DNA of 64,000 nucleotides from Desulfosoma sp. (GTDB taxonomy: Bacteria > Desulfobacterota > Syntrophobacteria > Syntrophobacterales > DSM-9756), in contig JBBFKW010000012.1 of NCBI GenBank assembly GCA_037481835.1, forward strand, positions 78,695 to 142,694. Reading direction: 5' to 3'. Position numbers and translations under genes: made by a program. Shown piece after piece: positions 41,300-52,117 of this stretch. Position 1 is the first letter of the stretch; each line of letters opens with the position of its first letter. A model generated the notes under the pieces. That model made no database searches. It saw nothing but the letters and a program-made list of their open reading frames with translations, and was not told where the DNA came from.

Positions 41300-43948
41300 T
41301 CAGGGTTGATGCGCTGTGGCGGGTTCGCCGGAGGTGGATCGGAGAACTGCCAGGAGATCGGCGATGCGATAGGGCTTGGTCAGGATGGTGATGTTTTCGG
41401 CCTTGCCGATGCTTTCGGCCAGGGAGGCGCTGCTGTAGCCGCTTGTGAGCACGACGGACATCCAAGGGTATCTTCGGCGGATTTCCTTGTAGCAGGCGCC
41501 GCCTCCCATGCCGGGCATATGGAAATCCAAAACGACCGCATCCACGCGGGGCGCTTCCTTATCGAGCACATCGAGGGCCTCTTCGCCGCTTGCGGCCTTG
41601 AGCACCCCAAAGCCTTCGGCTTCCAAACTTTCCGTTACGAATTCCAAAAGTGCCGTCTCATCGTCCACGACCAAAACCGTGCACCCCTCTTTTTTCTCAG
41701 GCTTTGGTTCGCGCTGCACGCCTTCGTCTTTCCGGACCGCTTCGGCGGCTTCTGCTCCGCCGGCCCTCTTCACGGGAAAGGTGAGGGTAAAGGTCGTCCC
41801 TCGGCCCAGCTCGCTTTCGCACGTGATGGTTCCGCCGTGGCGTTGGACGATGCTATAGACGGTGGAAAGGCCGAGTCCCGTTCCCTTGCCGGGTTCTTTG
41901 GTCGTAAAGAACGGATCGAAGATCCGGTCCCGAATGGGTTCGGGAATGCCCTGGCCCGTATCGGAAACCTTCAGGACGACGATGTCCATCCCATCCGGAT
42001 GCGTGTCCCGGCGTGTGCTTACGCGGATGCGCCCGCCGCCCCCTTCCCCGATGGCATCCCGGGCGTTGACCACCAGGTTGATGACAACCTGTTCCAGCGC
42101 CAGCCGGTCTCCGTAAACGGCGGGGACATCAGGGGCCAAGTCCGCTTCCAGCCGGATCATGCGCGGAATGTTTCGGCTGAGAAAATCCAGCGTCTCCTCA
42201 ACGACCCGGTTGATATCCAGCAGTTCCGGCGTCATTTCGTCCTGGCGGGCGAAGGTGAGCATCCTTCGGACCAGTTCGGCGCCCCGGTCCGCCGCTTCCC
42301 GCACGCGTCCGATCCAACGGCGCTTTCGGTCCGAGCCTTCCGTGTGCATTTCCAAAAGATCCAGGTAACCCGTCATGGCCTGGAGGAGGTTATTGAACTC
42401 GTGGGCGATGCCGCTGGCCAGGGTCCCCAGGGATTCCATCTTTTGGGCGTGGGAAATGATCTTCTCCAGTTCCTGGGCCCTTTTTTCCGCTTCCACCTTG
42501 GCGGTCACATCCCGCGCCATGATGCGCAGCCCGCGCACGGCTCCTTCCCTTCCGCCCATGGGCCGAGCGGAAATTTCCACCGTCTTGGCCGGCCCGTGAT
42601 GATCCCGAAGGACGAAGCTTTTGAGTTCTCCCACGCTCCGTCCCGCCGCCACATCGTCGAAAAACGCGTGCATGGCGCCGACCGTTTCGGGATCGGCCAT
42701 ATCGTGCAGCGAAAAAGGCTCCGGCGGGGGACCGTCCACGCCCATGAGCCGCAAGAAAGCCGGATTGTAAAACGTGACAACACCATCCGTGTTGATTTCG
42801 AAATAGGCTTCGTGGAGGCTTTCCAGAATCTCTCGATATCTGGCCTCGCTTCGAGCGAGGGCGTCCTGGGCTCGGACCAGTTCCGCCTGGCGACGGACGA
42901 GAGCCTCTTCCCGGTCCCGCACGGCTCGGCCCATCTCTTGAAACTGCCGGGAAAACACCTGGAGCTCGGCAAAGGAGCCGTCGAAGTCCGGCCATGGATC
43001 GGTATCCGCCCGGGAGGCTTCCGCCATGCGAACGGCTTCCCGTGTCAGGCTTTGAACGGGATCGATGATGGAGCGGTGCATACGGCCCATAAGCCCCTGA
43101 AAAACGATGTAGAGGAAGGCAAAGAAAAGGGCAAAGCCGGCCACGGCGGCGCCGAGCACCGGCATGAGTGCCGGAACCAAGGGATAGGCCACAAGGACGA
43201 CCCAGCCCCACGGATCGATCCGCCAACTGATGCCGTAGACGGGCGTTCCAGCCAGGCGCCCCAGGAGCTTGACCCCTTCCGGATGGGCCAACGCCGTGCG
43301 CACCAAGGGTTCATGGCCCACATTTTCCTGCTCTTTGACCACGCGTTCTTCAGGGTGCACGATGGCGTTGCCGTAACGATCCGTGATCCAGACGATCCTT
43401 CGGGGCATTTTTCGCAAATACGCCGAAATGAGCTGATGCAGGCGATCCAAGTTCAGTTCGCCGATGACGCTTCCCCAGCGGCTGGGAATCATGGATGCAA
43501 TGGTGACCGCCCCCAAATCGGCGCGGTAGTAGGGGACCGAATAGACCGGCCACGTGCCCGTATCGGGAAAGGCGGAGGCGGCTGGAGGGGTCACGCCTCT
43601 TAAGGCAGGCACGCTCTCCCCTTTGACGAAAACGCCATAAGACTCCGCTCCGACCCAAAAGATTCGGTGATACAACTGCCCAGCCTCGTTCATGAGGGCC
43701 GTGGCGGCATCCTCCTCGGGCCCCTTGAAAGTGAAAGCCGTGAGTCTCAGCGTTTCGTCGGCCGATGCGAGAAAACTCGTCAGCTAATTGTCGATGCCCC
43801 ACGCGATGATTTCATGTTCACGCTCCAAGGCACTGATCCGCCAGGCCACGAGCCCCCCGGTAGTCAGCATGGCGACAACGACCAACGGAAGGACGAGGCG
43901 CCGGTGCACAAAGCCTCGAATGACATCAAAGAGGGCTCGATCGCTCAT
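41300..43948 (-). pseudogene. hybrid sensor histidine kinase (TM-Cache-TM-PAS-HisKA-HATPase-REC) interrupted by an in-frame TAG at codon 55
   Basis: ATG 43948 gives a TM segment then GIDN-TAG(43786-43784)-LTSF, in frame with ORF 41300-43693; AHEFNN, NARDA, GTGLGL, REC. Confidence 0.65.
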
Positions 43949-43954
43949 GGATCC

Positions 43955-45073
43955 TCACAGTTTGTCCACCAGGACGAAACGGCCTTCGCGCATCCCGACA
44001 AGATAGCTTTCCCCATGGGCGTCTCCGAAGGCGTCCATGGCCGATGGTCCGAGCACGCCTTCAAAAATCCGCGGCCGACCGAGAGCTTCCGCGAGGCCGT
44101 CCCGCCGCCCCCGCGTCTGCTCCAACGCCTCGGCCAGAAACTTCACGGCATCATAGCCGCGGGCCGCCGCAAAGGACGGCTTCCCACCGAAGCGCTTCCG
44201 ATACGCCTGGATGAAGTCCCGAGCGGAAGGAACGTCCTCCAAGGGGGGATCGTTGGTCGCAAGAATCAACAGATCCTTGGGGCTCGCTCCTTCCGTGAGC
44301 AAACGATCCGTTTGGGCCCACCCGACTCCAAACAGGCGGGCTGACGGCTTGAACCGGGACAGCCTGCGGACCCATCGGGCCGTGTCGGTGGCCGAGGCGA
44401 CGATGAGCACCCCATCCGGATCATCGCTCAAGATTCGCAGGATGCTCAAGGTCCAAGGAACGTCCTCGAGGATGGAAAAAGGTTCCCCAATGAGCACCCG
44501 CCCTCCAAGACTCGTCATCGCCTCGGAAAAGACCTTCACCCACGGCTCGGTGTAAGACGGGTTCTTGGCGTCATAGACAACAGCAAAACGCCACAATCCT
44601 CGAGCGACGGCGTAGCGGGCAAGGGCGCGGGCCGGAGCGTCCGTGTCCTGGCGCATGCGAAAAAACAGGTCCTTTTTGCCGCTCAGCAAAGCACTGGAAG
44701 CGACGGGGGAAATGAGCGGTAGATTCAGTTCTTGGAGGAGAGGCAAAACCTCGAGGCACTGCGTGCTGAGCATGTGACCGACGACAGCGACGACCTCCTG
44801 CCTCGCCAGGGACCTAAGGGCTCGCTTGGCCCCGTCCGCACTTCCTTCGTCGTTTTGGACGATGAGTTCCAGACGCCTGCCGGCAATCCCTCCACGCTCG
44901 TTGATGGCCTCGACGGCCAGCCGTGCCCCGTTTCGGGCGTGAATGCCGAGATCCGCATAAAGGCCCGTGAGCACCCCGGAAAACCCAATGGGAATCGTCG
45001 GCTTTTCGCAGCCTTGAAGGAAAAGGAACACCAGGGCCGGGAGGATTCCCAGAGCCCGGCGCCGTCTTTCCAT
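43955..45073 (-). CDS. LivJ-like periplasmic ligand-binding lipoprotein
   Basis: lipobox LQGC; LTG..ADLG, INERGGIAGR, AARGYDA; directly upstream of the sensor kinase. Confidence 0.85.
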   Translation of the reverse strand: MERRRRALGILPALVFLFLQGCEKPTIPIGFSGVLTGLYADLGIHARNGARLAVEAINERGGIAGRRLELIVQNDEGSADGAKRALRSLARQEVVAVVGHMLSTQCLEVLPLLQELNLPLISPVASSALLSGKKDLFFRMRQDTDAPARALARYAVARGLWRFAVVYDAKNPSYTEPWVKVFSEAMTSLGGRVLIGEPFSILEDVPWTLSILRILSDDPDGVLIVASATDTARWVRRLSRFKPSARLFGVGWAQTDRLLTEGASPKDLLILATNDPPLEDVPSARDFIQAYRKRFGGKPSFAAARGYDAVKFLAEALEQTRGRRDGLAEALGRPRIFEGVLGPSAMDAFGDAHGESYLVGMREGRFVLVDKL

Positions 45074-45088
45074 GGTTTTCCCTCACGG

Positions 45089-45560
45089 CTAAGGGGACAT
45101 GGATGGGTTCACACCGTCGCGGCCGTCCAGGAGGGAGCGCACGGCCTGGAGCAGGACGCGCCTTTTGACCGGTTTTTCCAAAAACAGCGTATCCCGCAAA
45201 GTTTCGGTTTGCAAGGCGCTGGATCGTCCCGTGTAGCCGCTGATGAAAATCGCCGGAACCCGCCGGCCTCCGTGCCGAATCATGGCCACGGCCTCCTGGC
45301 CCCCCATGGTCGGCATCACCCCATCGCACACCACAAGACTTATGGTTTCCAGATGATCCACAAAGACCTCCACGGCTTCCACGCCGTCTCGGGCCTCCAA
45401 GACCCGGTACCCCGCTTCGCGAAGCACCGACACCAAATAGTCCCGAACCCCCTTGTCGTCTTCGGCCACCAAAATCGTCTCGGACCCTCCGGGAACGTCC
45501 GGATCGGGGCTGGAATCCTTCGTTTCAAGACGCCCTTCGTAGCGCGGCAGGTAAATCCGA
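45089..45560 (-). pseudogene. 3' remnant of a hybrid histidine kinase (end of HATPase plus receiver domain)
   Basis: RIYLP-linker-ETILVAEDD...CDGVMP..ISGY..EKP; in-frame TGA about 10 codons upstream; no ATG or RBS. Confidence 0.6.
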
Positions 45561-45584
45561 AGCGAATGTTCTACAACAGCGCAA

Positions 45585-45624
45585 CCGCTCCTTCAGGAAA
45601 GGAACCTTCTTCCTGAAGGAGCGG
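45585..45624 (-). terminator. 15-bp-stem hairpin downstream of MCP
   Basis: ccgctccttcaggaa...ttcctgaaggagcgg. Confidence 0.6.
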
Positions 45625-45654
45625 CTTCGGAAGACCGGGAGGTCGCGCAAGAGC

Positions 45655-47697
45655 TTAAAAGTCCTGGAAATCCTCGTCAAAGGGGATGAGCTCTTCCGGC
45701 TTGGCCGGGTTCACGCCTTTTGTCACGCCAGACTTGGAGGATGGACGGGCCTTGCCGTTTCCGGCTTTCACCGCGGGCTTTGCCGCACCCGCATGAGCGG
45801 CCTCCCGTCCGGGCTCGGCCGCCTTTCGGCTGTCGGTCTTTTTCTCCTTGCGCCGCACGAAGCACAGGCCCTTTTGTTCGCCACGGCGTCCTACAAGGGC
45901 CTGGAGCTCTTCCACCAGGGCCTGGAGCTGGGCCGCCTGGGCGCTCAATTCTTCCGCCGCTGCCGCCGATTCCTCCGCATTGGCCGCCGTTTGCTGCACC
46001 ACCTTGTCCATCTGGGAAATGGCCGTGTTCACCTGGCCGATCCCTTCGCTCTGCTCATGGGACGCGGCGGCGATCTCGTTCACCAGTTCCGCCACCTTGG
46101 CCACACTTTCATGGACCTGGGAAAACGCCTGGTTTGTGGCTTCCGTCAAGTCCGCCCCTTCCTTGACGCGCACGACGGTGCCTTCGATGAGCTGGGCCGT
46201 GTTCTTGGCCGCCTCCGCCGCCCTCATGGCCAGGCTGCGCACTTCGTCGGCCACCACGGCGAACCCCGCGCCCGCCTCCCCGGCCCGCGCGGCCTCCACC
46301 GCGGCGTTGAGCGCCAGAAGATTGGTCTGGAAGGCGATCTCATCGATGGTCTTGATGATCTTCTGGGTTTCCTGGCTGGAACGGTTGATCTCTTCCATGG
46401 AACGCAGCAGTTCGGCCATGGATCCCTTGGCCTGTTCGGCGGCCTTGGCGGCCTGTTTCATGAGCCCGTCGGCCTGGGCGGCGTTGTCGGCGTTTTGGCG
46501 GGTCATGGAGGCCATCTCTTCCACGGCGGAAGAGGTTTCTTCGATGCCGGCCGCCTGCTGGGATGAGCCTTCAGCGAGTTGCTGACTCGCCGACGCCACC
46601 TGGCCCGCGGCGGACGCCACCTGTTCGGCGCTTTCCCCGAGCTCTTCGGCGGACTTGCGGAGCACCGCATTGATCCCCCGCGTGACGAGCACTCCCAAAA
46701 TCGCAGCCAAAAGGAGGCCCAAGACGGAGACCGCCGCCATGATGCCTTTCATGCGACCGGCAAAAACGGAGGCTTCCTCAGCCGTTTTTTCTCCGACCGT
46801 CTGATTGATTTGCACCACCTTGTCCAGGAGAGGCAAGGCAACCCGCTGTTTCTCTGTGACCGGGCCGAGAAGGTGTTGCATAAGGGCGTGCATCTGGGCC
46901 AGAGCTTCATTCGCCAGGCCGTCCACGGCTTCCAGGTCCTTGAAGACAACCTCCCGGGATGCCCGAAGCTGATTTTCGACGATCATGCGGGCCTCGTCCG
47001 TGCGCCCCGAGGCCACCAGTTCCTTGATGGCGTGCACCGCTTCGTGGAACCGGCGGTGCGGCTCAGCTATGTCGGTGAGGATTTTTTTCAGGTTGGGGTT
47101 TTCCGTCCGAAACTCAGCGAGCCACTTTCCGAATCGGCAGGCCGTGTGATCGTCTCCCCCTTCAAAGGTTTTCCCCGTGAGCACCATGTCGAGCACCCGG
47201 GCTTCCAAATTATAGTGATCCCCCCGGAAGGTGGCGATGTCTCGCTTGAGCTGATCGGGATCGGCAATGCCCAGGGCATCAAAGTTTTTGGCCATCTGGA
47301 TGGCCTTGTCATTTTCGGCCTTCCAGCTTTCCAAGGCCGCTTTAAACTGTTTCCAGGTTTCAGCCTCTTCGGCAGTTTTGGGCAAGGGCTCGTAAGCTTT
47401 TATCGCCTCCATCTCCCTTTCCCGAGCCGCAGCGATGTTTTCGTACTGGCGTTTTCGCACGGCGGGATCCAGCCCCGAGATGGCCAGGGTGCGCAAACTG
47501 CCCCGGATGTCTTGCAGCTCATTGGCCATGGTCAGTGTGGAGTCCACGCTGGGCAGCCTCACATGGCCCACCTCTTCCAGGGCATGGACGCCCCGCACAG
47601 CGGTAAAGTATCCCACCGCCCCCAGCGCCGCCGTCACAAGGCACACCACGGCGAAGCTCATTGCCAGTTTCTTTCCTACCGTCCATTTCTTCTTCAT
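45655..47697 (-). CDS. methyl-accepting chemotaxis protein with 4HB sensor and inserted CZB domain
   Basis: two TM segments; DH...HTACRFGKW...[29 protein letters not shown]-terminal DFQDF. Confidence 0.92.
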   Translation of the reverse strand: MKKKWTVGKKLAMSFAVVCLVTAALGAVGYFTAVRGVHALEEVGHVRLPSVDSTLTMANELQDIRGSLRTLAISGLDPAVRKRQYENIAAAREREMEAIKAYEPLPKTAEEAETWKQFKAALESWKAENDKAIQMAKNFDALGIADPDQLKRDIATFRGDHYNLEARVLDMVLTGKTFEGGDDHTACRFGKWLAEFRTENPNLKKILTDIAEPHRRFHEAVHAIKELVASGRTDEARMIVENQLRASREVVFKDLEAVDGLANEALAQMHALMQHLLGPVTEKQRVALPLLDKVVQINQTVGEKTAEEASVFAGRMKGIMAAVSVLGLLLAAILGVLVTRGINAVLRKSAEELGESAEQVASAAGQVASASQQLAEGSSQQAAGIEETSSAVEEMASMTRQNADNAAQADGLMKQAAKAAEQAKGSMAELLRSMEEINRSSQETQKIIKTIDEIAFQTNLLALNAAVEAARAGEAGAGFAVVADEVRSLAMRAAEAAKNTAQLIEGTVVRVKEGADLTEATNQAFSQVHESVAKVAELVNEIAAASHEQSEGIGQVNTAISQMDKVVQQTAANAEESAAAAEELSAQAAQLQALVEELQALVGRRGEQKGLCFVRRKEKKTDSRKAAEPGREAAHAGAAKPAVKAGNGKARPSSKSGVTKGVNPAKPEELIPFDEDFQDF

Positions 47698-48131
47698 GGT
47701 ACCGCCCTCCTTGGTTTGTAAATTTTTTCAACGCTGCGCTCCCTGAAAGCGCAAACCGACGTTTCGCGGCTCAGGCATTTGAGCACCTCGGGAACGGCGG
47801 CATCGTCGGCATCCGATAGGGCGATGAAACACGGCGAATAGGACTGCACCGCAAGGATAAGATCCTCATCGGGAGCCAAAACCGCCGCCGCCACCTTGAG
47901 ATGCCTCAGCCGGTCCCTGCACGGCTCCAGGGGCTCCAAATCCTGAAATCCCGCAACCACCATGAGAAACACACGGGCGTCGGCCACATACCGGGGATCG
48001 CCATCCATGGCCTCCCGCCAGTCCATCCACCGCCACCCCTCCTCCCGGGAAAGCTCCGCCATGGCCGAGGCCATGCGGCGGCTGCGGCGATCTCGCTGCG
48101 TTCTTTTGGGCAGATGATAGAGTGCGATCAT
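47694..48131 (-). CDS. hypothetical protein translationally coupled to the MCP
   Basis: GGAGG RBS; ATGA overlap with the MCP start. Confidence 0.55.
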   Translation of the reverse strand: MIALYHLPKRTQRDRRSRRMASAMAELSREEGWRWMDWREAMDGDPRYVADARVFLMVVAGFQDLEPLEPCRDRLRHLKVAAAVLAPDEDLILAVQSYSPCFIALSDADDAAVPEVLKCLSRETSVCAFRERSVEKIYKPRRAVP

Positions 48132-48176
48132 GAGCCGTCCCTCCGGTTCCGCGTGCCATGACAGTTCACTCGGATT

Positions 48177-48192
48177 ATCAATTTGCATGCCA
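48177..48192 (-). promoter_or_regulatory. candidate sigma54 promoter (non-canonical -12)
   Basis: TGGCATGCAAATTGAT: GG-N10-GA instead of GC. Confidence 0.4.
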
Positions 48193-48344
48193 AAGAAGCG
48201 AAATTTCTTTCGGGTCCCCACCTTCTTGAGGTGCGGCCCGAGGGAACCGAGGTTTTGCACGCACACGATTGCAAAATCCAGACATCCGGGGAGCACGCCC
48301 GTTGCCGGCTCCAATCGTCGGCATGCCGGTCCCCTCAATCCGAA

Positions 48345-48430
48345 GGGTGTCCTGTTTTTCAGGACACCCGCCCCGTGATGCTCGGCAACGCCGTCCTCTT
48401 TTTCAGGACAGTCGTCTTGCTTTTCGGGAC
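48345..48430. promoter_or_regulatory. three 17-bp imperfect palindromes, candidate enhancer-binding-protein sites
   Basis: GTCCTGTTTTTCAGGAC (48349), GTCCTCTTTTTCAGGAC (48393), GTCTTGCTTTTCGGGAC (48414). Confidence 0.6.
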
Positions 48431-48449
48431 GGCTCTGAAGCCCGAAGGA

Positions 48450-49928
48450 TTATTTTTGGGATGCTTGATCGGGAGGGCTTTGGGGCCGGATGGAGCCGGC
48501 TTCCTTGAGGAGGGCGTAGAGCCTGGAACGGGAAAGACCGCTCAGGGCGCAAGCCTTTTCCACATTGCCGCCGCATCGTTCCAAGAGGCGCTCAAAGTAG
48601 CGCCGATCGGCCCAATCCAAAACATGCTGCCGAAAGGCTTTATAGGTGGGAAATTGCGGATTTTCGAAAATTTTTTCCAGTGCGTCCGCCGAACCTTGGG
48701 CGTCTTGAGGGAGACTTTGTGAGGTTTCGGCCGCGGCCGCACGGGCCCGCTCCGCCCGCGCCGCACTCACGGCCGCCCGCACATGGGGAGGCAAATGCAC
48801 GGCAAAAAGGGTCGGGCTTGCCGGGCTTACGGCCAGGGCATGGAGGGTGGCGTGGAGGAGTTCCCGCACGTTTCCCGGCCAGGAATACGCCAGGACCGTC
48901 TCCAGGAAATCCGGCGAGAGCCCCTTGACCTCGCCGCCTCCTCTCGAGGCCTCGCGACGGAGAATATCCTGAATGATGGGAAGGATATCGTCTTTTCGAT
49001 CCCGAAGGGGCGGCACGGCAAGCCGCATGCCCGCCAGGCGATAATACAGGTCCCTGCGAAAGGCTCCCTTTTGGACCATGTCTTCCAGGTTGCGGTGGGT
49101 TGCGGCGATCACCCGGAAATCGGACGTCACTTCGGCGGAAGAGCCCATGGGCCGGAAGGTCTTTTCCTGGAGGACGCGCAAGAGCTTGGCTTGGGCTGCA
49201 GGGGGAAGATCGCCCACCTCGTCGAGGAACAGCGTTCCCCCGTGCGCCAGTTTCACCAAACCCACGCGGCTCTTGTCCGCCCCGGTGAAGGCCCCTTTTT
49301 CATGGCCGAAAAGGTGGCTTTCCACCAAGTGTTCCGGAATGACCGTACAGTCCACGACGACAAAAGGCTTGGCGGAGCGGGCGCTCCGGCCGTGGATGCC
49401 CCGGGCGATGAGCTCCTTGCCCGTGCCCGTCTCTCCGGTAATGAGAACGGCGACATCGCAGGCCGCCGCTTGGGATGCCGTGTGCAGACATTCCATCATG
49501 GCCGGCGACGTGGCCACCAGCCCCGGGATGCTGAACACCGCGGCGCTCGGCGGGGCCGACGAGCGCCGATAATCCAGGGCGCGCACCACGGCCAAGCGCA
49601 CATCATCCGGCATCAAGGGCTTGGACAGGTAATCCCATGCCCCGTGTTCCATGGCCAAGGCCGCCCCGGAAGTTTCCGCCCTTCCCGTCATGATGACCAC
49701 CTCGGGGCGGCCTTGGGAATTGCGAAACTTTTCTAAGGCGTCCAGCCCGCACCCGTCGGGCAGCCATACATCCAGAAAGACCACATCGAAGGGCTGGGCT
49801 TTTGAGGCCTGCAGCGCTTCTTCGAGCGACGCCGCGCTTCGCACCTGAAGCCCCAAATCTTCGAGAACCCCTTGGAGAAGATCGCGCACCGGCCCATCGT
49901 CATCGACCACCAGAATTCGCCCGGTCAT
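48450..49928 (-). CDS. sigma54-dependent response regulator (NtrC family)
   Basis: REC; GETGTGKE, GAFTGA, LFLDEVG, WPGNVREL; C-terminal Fis HTH. Confidence 0.95.
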   Translation of the reverse strand: MTGRILVVDDDGPVRDLLQGVLEDLGLQVRSAASLEEALQASKAQPFDVVFLDVWLPDGCGLDALEKFRNSQGRPEVVIMTGRAETSGAALAMEHGAWDYLSKPLMPDDVRLAVVRALDYRRSSAPPSAAVFSIPGLVATSPAMMECLHTASQAAACDVAVLITGETGTGKELIARGIHGRSARSAKPFVVVDCTVIPEHLVESHLFGHEKGAFTGADKSRVGLVKLAHGGTLFLDEVGDLPPAAQAKLLRVLQEKTFRPMGSSAEVTSDFRVIAATHRNLEDMVQKGAFRRDLYYRLAGMRLAVPPLRDRKDDILPIIQDILRREASRGGGEVKGLSPDFLETVLAYSWPGNVRELLHATLHALAVSPASPTLFAVHLPPHVRAAVSAARAERARAAAAETSQSLPQDAQGSADALEKIFENPQFPTYKAFRQHVLDWADRRYFERLLERCGGNVEKACALSGLSRSRLYALLKEAGSIRPQSPPDQASQK

Positions 49929-51483
49929 CCGCTCCTCGACCTTCTAGACAATCTTGCAAAACCCTCATGAGTTCGCTCTTCATTACGGGCTTGTACAGGA
50001 TCTTGTCAATTACGGTGGAATCCATGCACGGCCCGCCTGAGGGGTCCGTGTAGCCCGTGAGCATCACGATGGGGAGGTCGGGGCGAAGGGCCTTGACCGA
50101 GTGGGCGAGCTCCGTGCCGCTCATGCCGGGCATGGAAAGATCCGTCAGGAGAAGATCGGGGGCAGAAGATGGGGACTGGCAGGCATTCAAAGCCTTGGAG
50201 GGATCGGAAAACAGAGTCAGCCGATCCACGTGCGGAGACAGGAAGGTTTCCAAGATGCGAAGCACGTCGGAGTCGTCGTCCACGGCCACGACGTGGGCCT
50301 GGAATTTTTTTTCGGCAACCGGTTCGGAAGCGGCTTCCGGCAAGGCAGGCTCCGAAGCGGCGGGCAAAAGGACGTGAAATACAGCCCCCCCTTGAGGGTT
50401 GTCTCCCACCCAAACGGAGCCGCCCAAGCGATTGACAATGCCCGAGACGATGAAAAGACCCAAGCCGGTGCCTTGGTCCGGTCCTTTCGTGGTGAAGTAG
50501 GGATCAAAGATCCTTTCCCGAAGGTCCGCGGGAACTCCTGGACCGGTATCCGCCACCGAAAGGTGCACCCACGATTTGGAGGCTTCGGGAGCCTTCCTTA
50601 AAATCTCCGCGTCCCGGCACGGGCACGCCAGCCGAAAGCGGATGGTTCCCTTGTCCTTTCCCACCGCGTGGAAGGCGTTCACGGAAAGGTTCATGATCAC
50701 TTGGTGGATCTCCACGGGATCGGCCCGCACCGGAGCCGCCTCGGGAAGCCCTTCATAGGCAATCTCTATGGTTTTGGGCACCCCGGCCCGAAGGAGCTTG
50801 GCGCATTCCTTGAGGATGGGCACCGTGTCCACGACCGCAGGGGGAGAGGAGTCATCACGGCTCAAAAGGAGGATTTGTCCCGCCAAATTCTTGGCCCGTC
50901 GGCCCGCATCCAGAATTCTTTGGAAAATCCGTGCCGACGGATCCCCCGGGCGGCACCGCTCCACCCCCATCTGCGCATAACCCAGAATGGGCATGAGAAT
51001 GTTGTTGAAATCATGGGCGATCCCGGCCGCCAAAGCAGCCAGGGACTCCATGCGCTGAGCCCGGTGGAGTTGTTTGAGGAGTTCGAGTTTTTCGTGTTCC
51101 GCCCGCTTCCGGGCCGTTTCGTCCTCGTAGACCGCCAGAATCTCGCCCGAGGGAAGCTTGCACACGTAGTTTTCCACCCAAAGAGCGATCCGGCTGTCTT
51201 GGTACATGGAGATGGGGAGTCTTTGCGGGACGCCCGTGCGATAAACTTCCCGGAAGACCTTGAGCAGCCCCAGATCCCTCACGCCGGGATAGACTTCCGT
51301 CACGCGCCGTCCCAGGTGGGCTTCCCGGGGCAGCCGACCGATGCGGGCTCCTGCGGGATTGATGTCCTTGAAGATAAAATCCTCGCCGTCGTCGACGGCT
51401 TCATAGACGGCGATTCCCGTGGAGGCATGCTCGAAAATCTCCCGGAACAGTCTTTCCACACCCGTGTTTTCGTGATCCCCCAT
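49900..51483 (-). CDS. cytoplasmic hybrid sensor kinase PAS-HisKA-HATPase-REC
   Basis: PAS; AHDFNNIL, NAFHA, DTGPG, GTGLGL; REC TDLSMPG. Confidence 0.9.
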   Translation of the reverse strand: MGDHENTGVERLFREIFEHASTGIAVYEAVDDGEDFIFKDINPAGARIGRLPREAHLGRRVTEVYPGVRDLGLLKVFREVYRTGVPQRLPISMYQDSRIALWVENYVCKLPSGEILAVYEDETARKRAEHEKLELLKQLHRAQRMESLAALAAGIAHDFNNILMPILGYAQMGVERCRPGDPSARIFQRILDAGRRAKNLAGQILLLSRDDSSPPAVVDTVPILKECAKLLRAGVPKTIEIAYEGLPEAAPVRADPVEIHQVIMNLSVNAFHAVGKDKGTIRFRLACPCRDAEILRKAPEASKSWVHLSVADTGPGVPADLRERIFDPYFTTKGPDQGTGLGLFIVSGIVNRLGGSVWVGDNPQGGAVFHVLLPAASEPALPEAASEPVAEKKFQAHVVAVDDDSDVLRILETFLSPHVDRLTLFSDPSKALNACQSPSSAPDLLLTDLSMPGMSGTELAHSVKALRPDLPIVMLTGYTDPSGGPCMDSTVIDKILYKPVMKSELMRVLQDCLEGRGADDRANSGGR

Positions 51484-52117
51484 TCGGCCCCCCCCGTTTG
51501 CCCATGTTTCAACCGCGCCGCTTCTGCCGAGGCCTCCCTGTTTGACCAGCGAATAAGGTGAATAGCATGCCTGTGCATTTAAGCTTAGCATAAATGAAAA
51601 GCACAAGACATTTTGAACAATCCTTCGCAAAGTCAGGACGCGACCTTCTGAGATGCCCAAGGTGGTATTGTGCAGAAAACCCAATCGGCCCTCAAGAAAA
51701 AAACCAGGCGGGACAGTGGGATGATGGCGACTCTAGGGCCGAACGCAGTGCCTCCCGAAAAAATCCTTGGGCGCGCTTACCCCCCACAGGTGGGAAGGCG
51801 TGAAGGGCGCTCTACGGTCGGGCCAAGGTGGAGCGCCGCCCGAAAACCTCCGATGCAGGTGGAGGGAATAACCGGCGCACGGTTCGCCTCCAGGCCACAA
51901 GTTTTGGTTGGTTCCGGCAGAAGATGGATTCTCGGCCTGCGTTGGGATTGCCGACCCGCCTTGCGGGCATGAGGCATCAAGGCCGTTCGGGAAGAGTCTG
52001 TCGGAGAGGAATGAGGGTCGACGCGGTGCCTGGCGCCTTCAATCTTCACGAGTCCCAAGGGGAACCCGGGGATGAGCGGGAGAGCTGCCGGTCATCCCCG
52101 GGACCGCTGCTTATTGA

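Noticed and set aside
41054..43603. 849-aa plus-strand ORF
   Set aside because: Antisense shadow of the sensor kinase.
51484..52117. Long intergenic gap, possible c-di-GMP riboswitch or small gene
   Set aside because: Only a terminator-like hairpin near 52066-52102; no riboswitch core or credible ORF seen.
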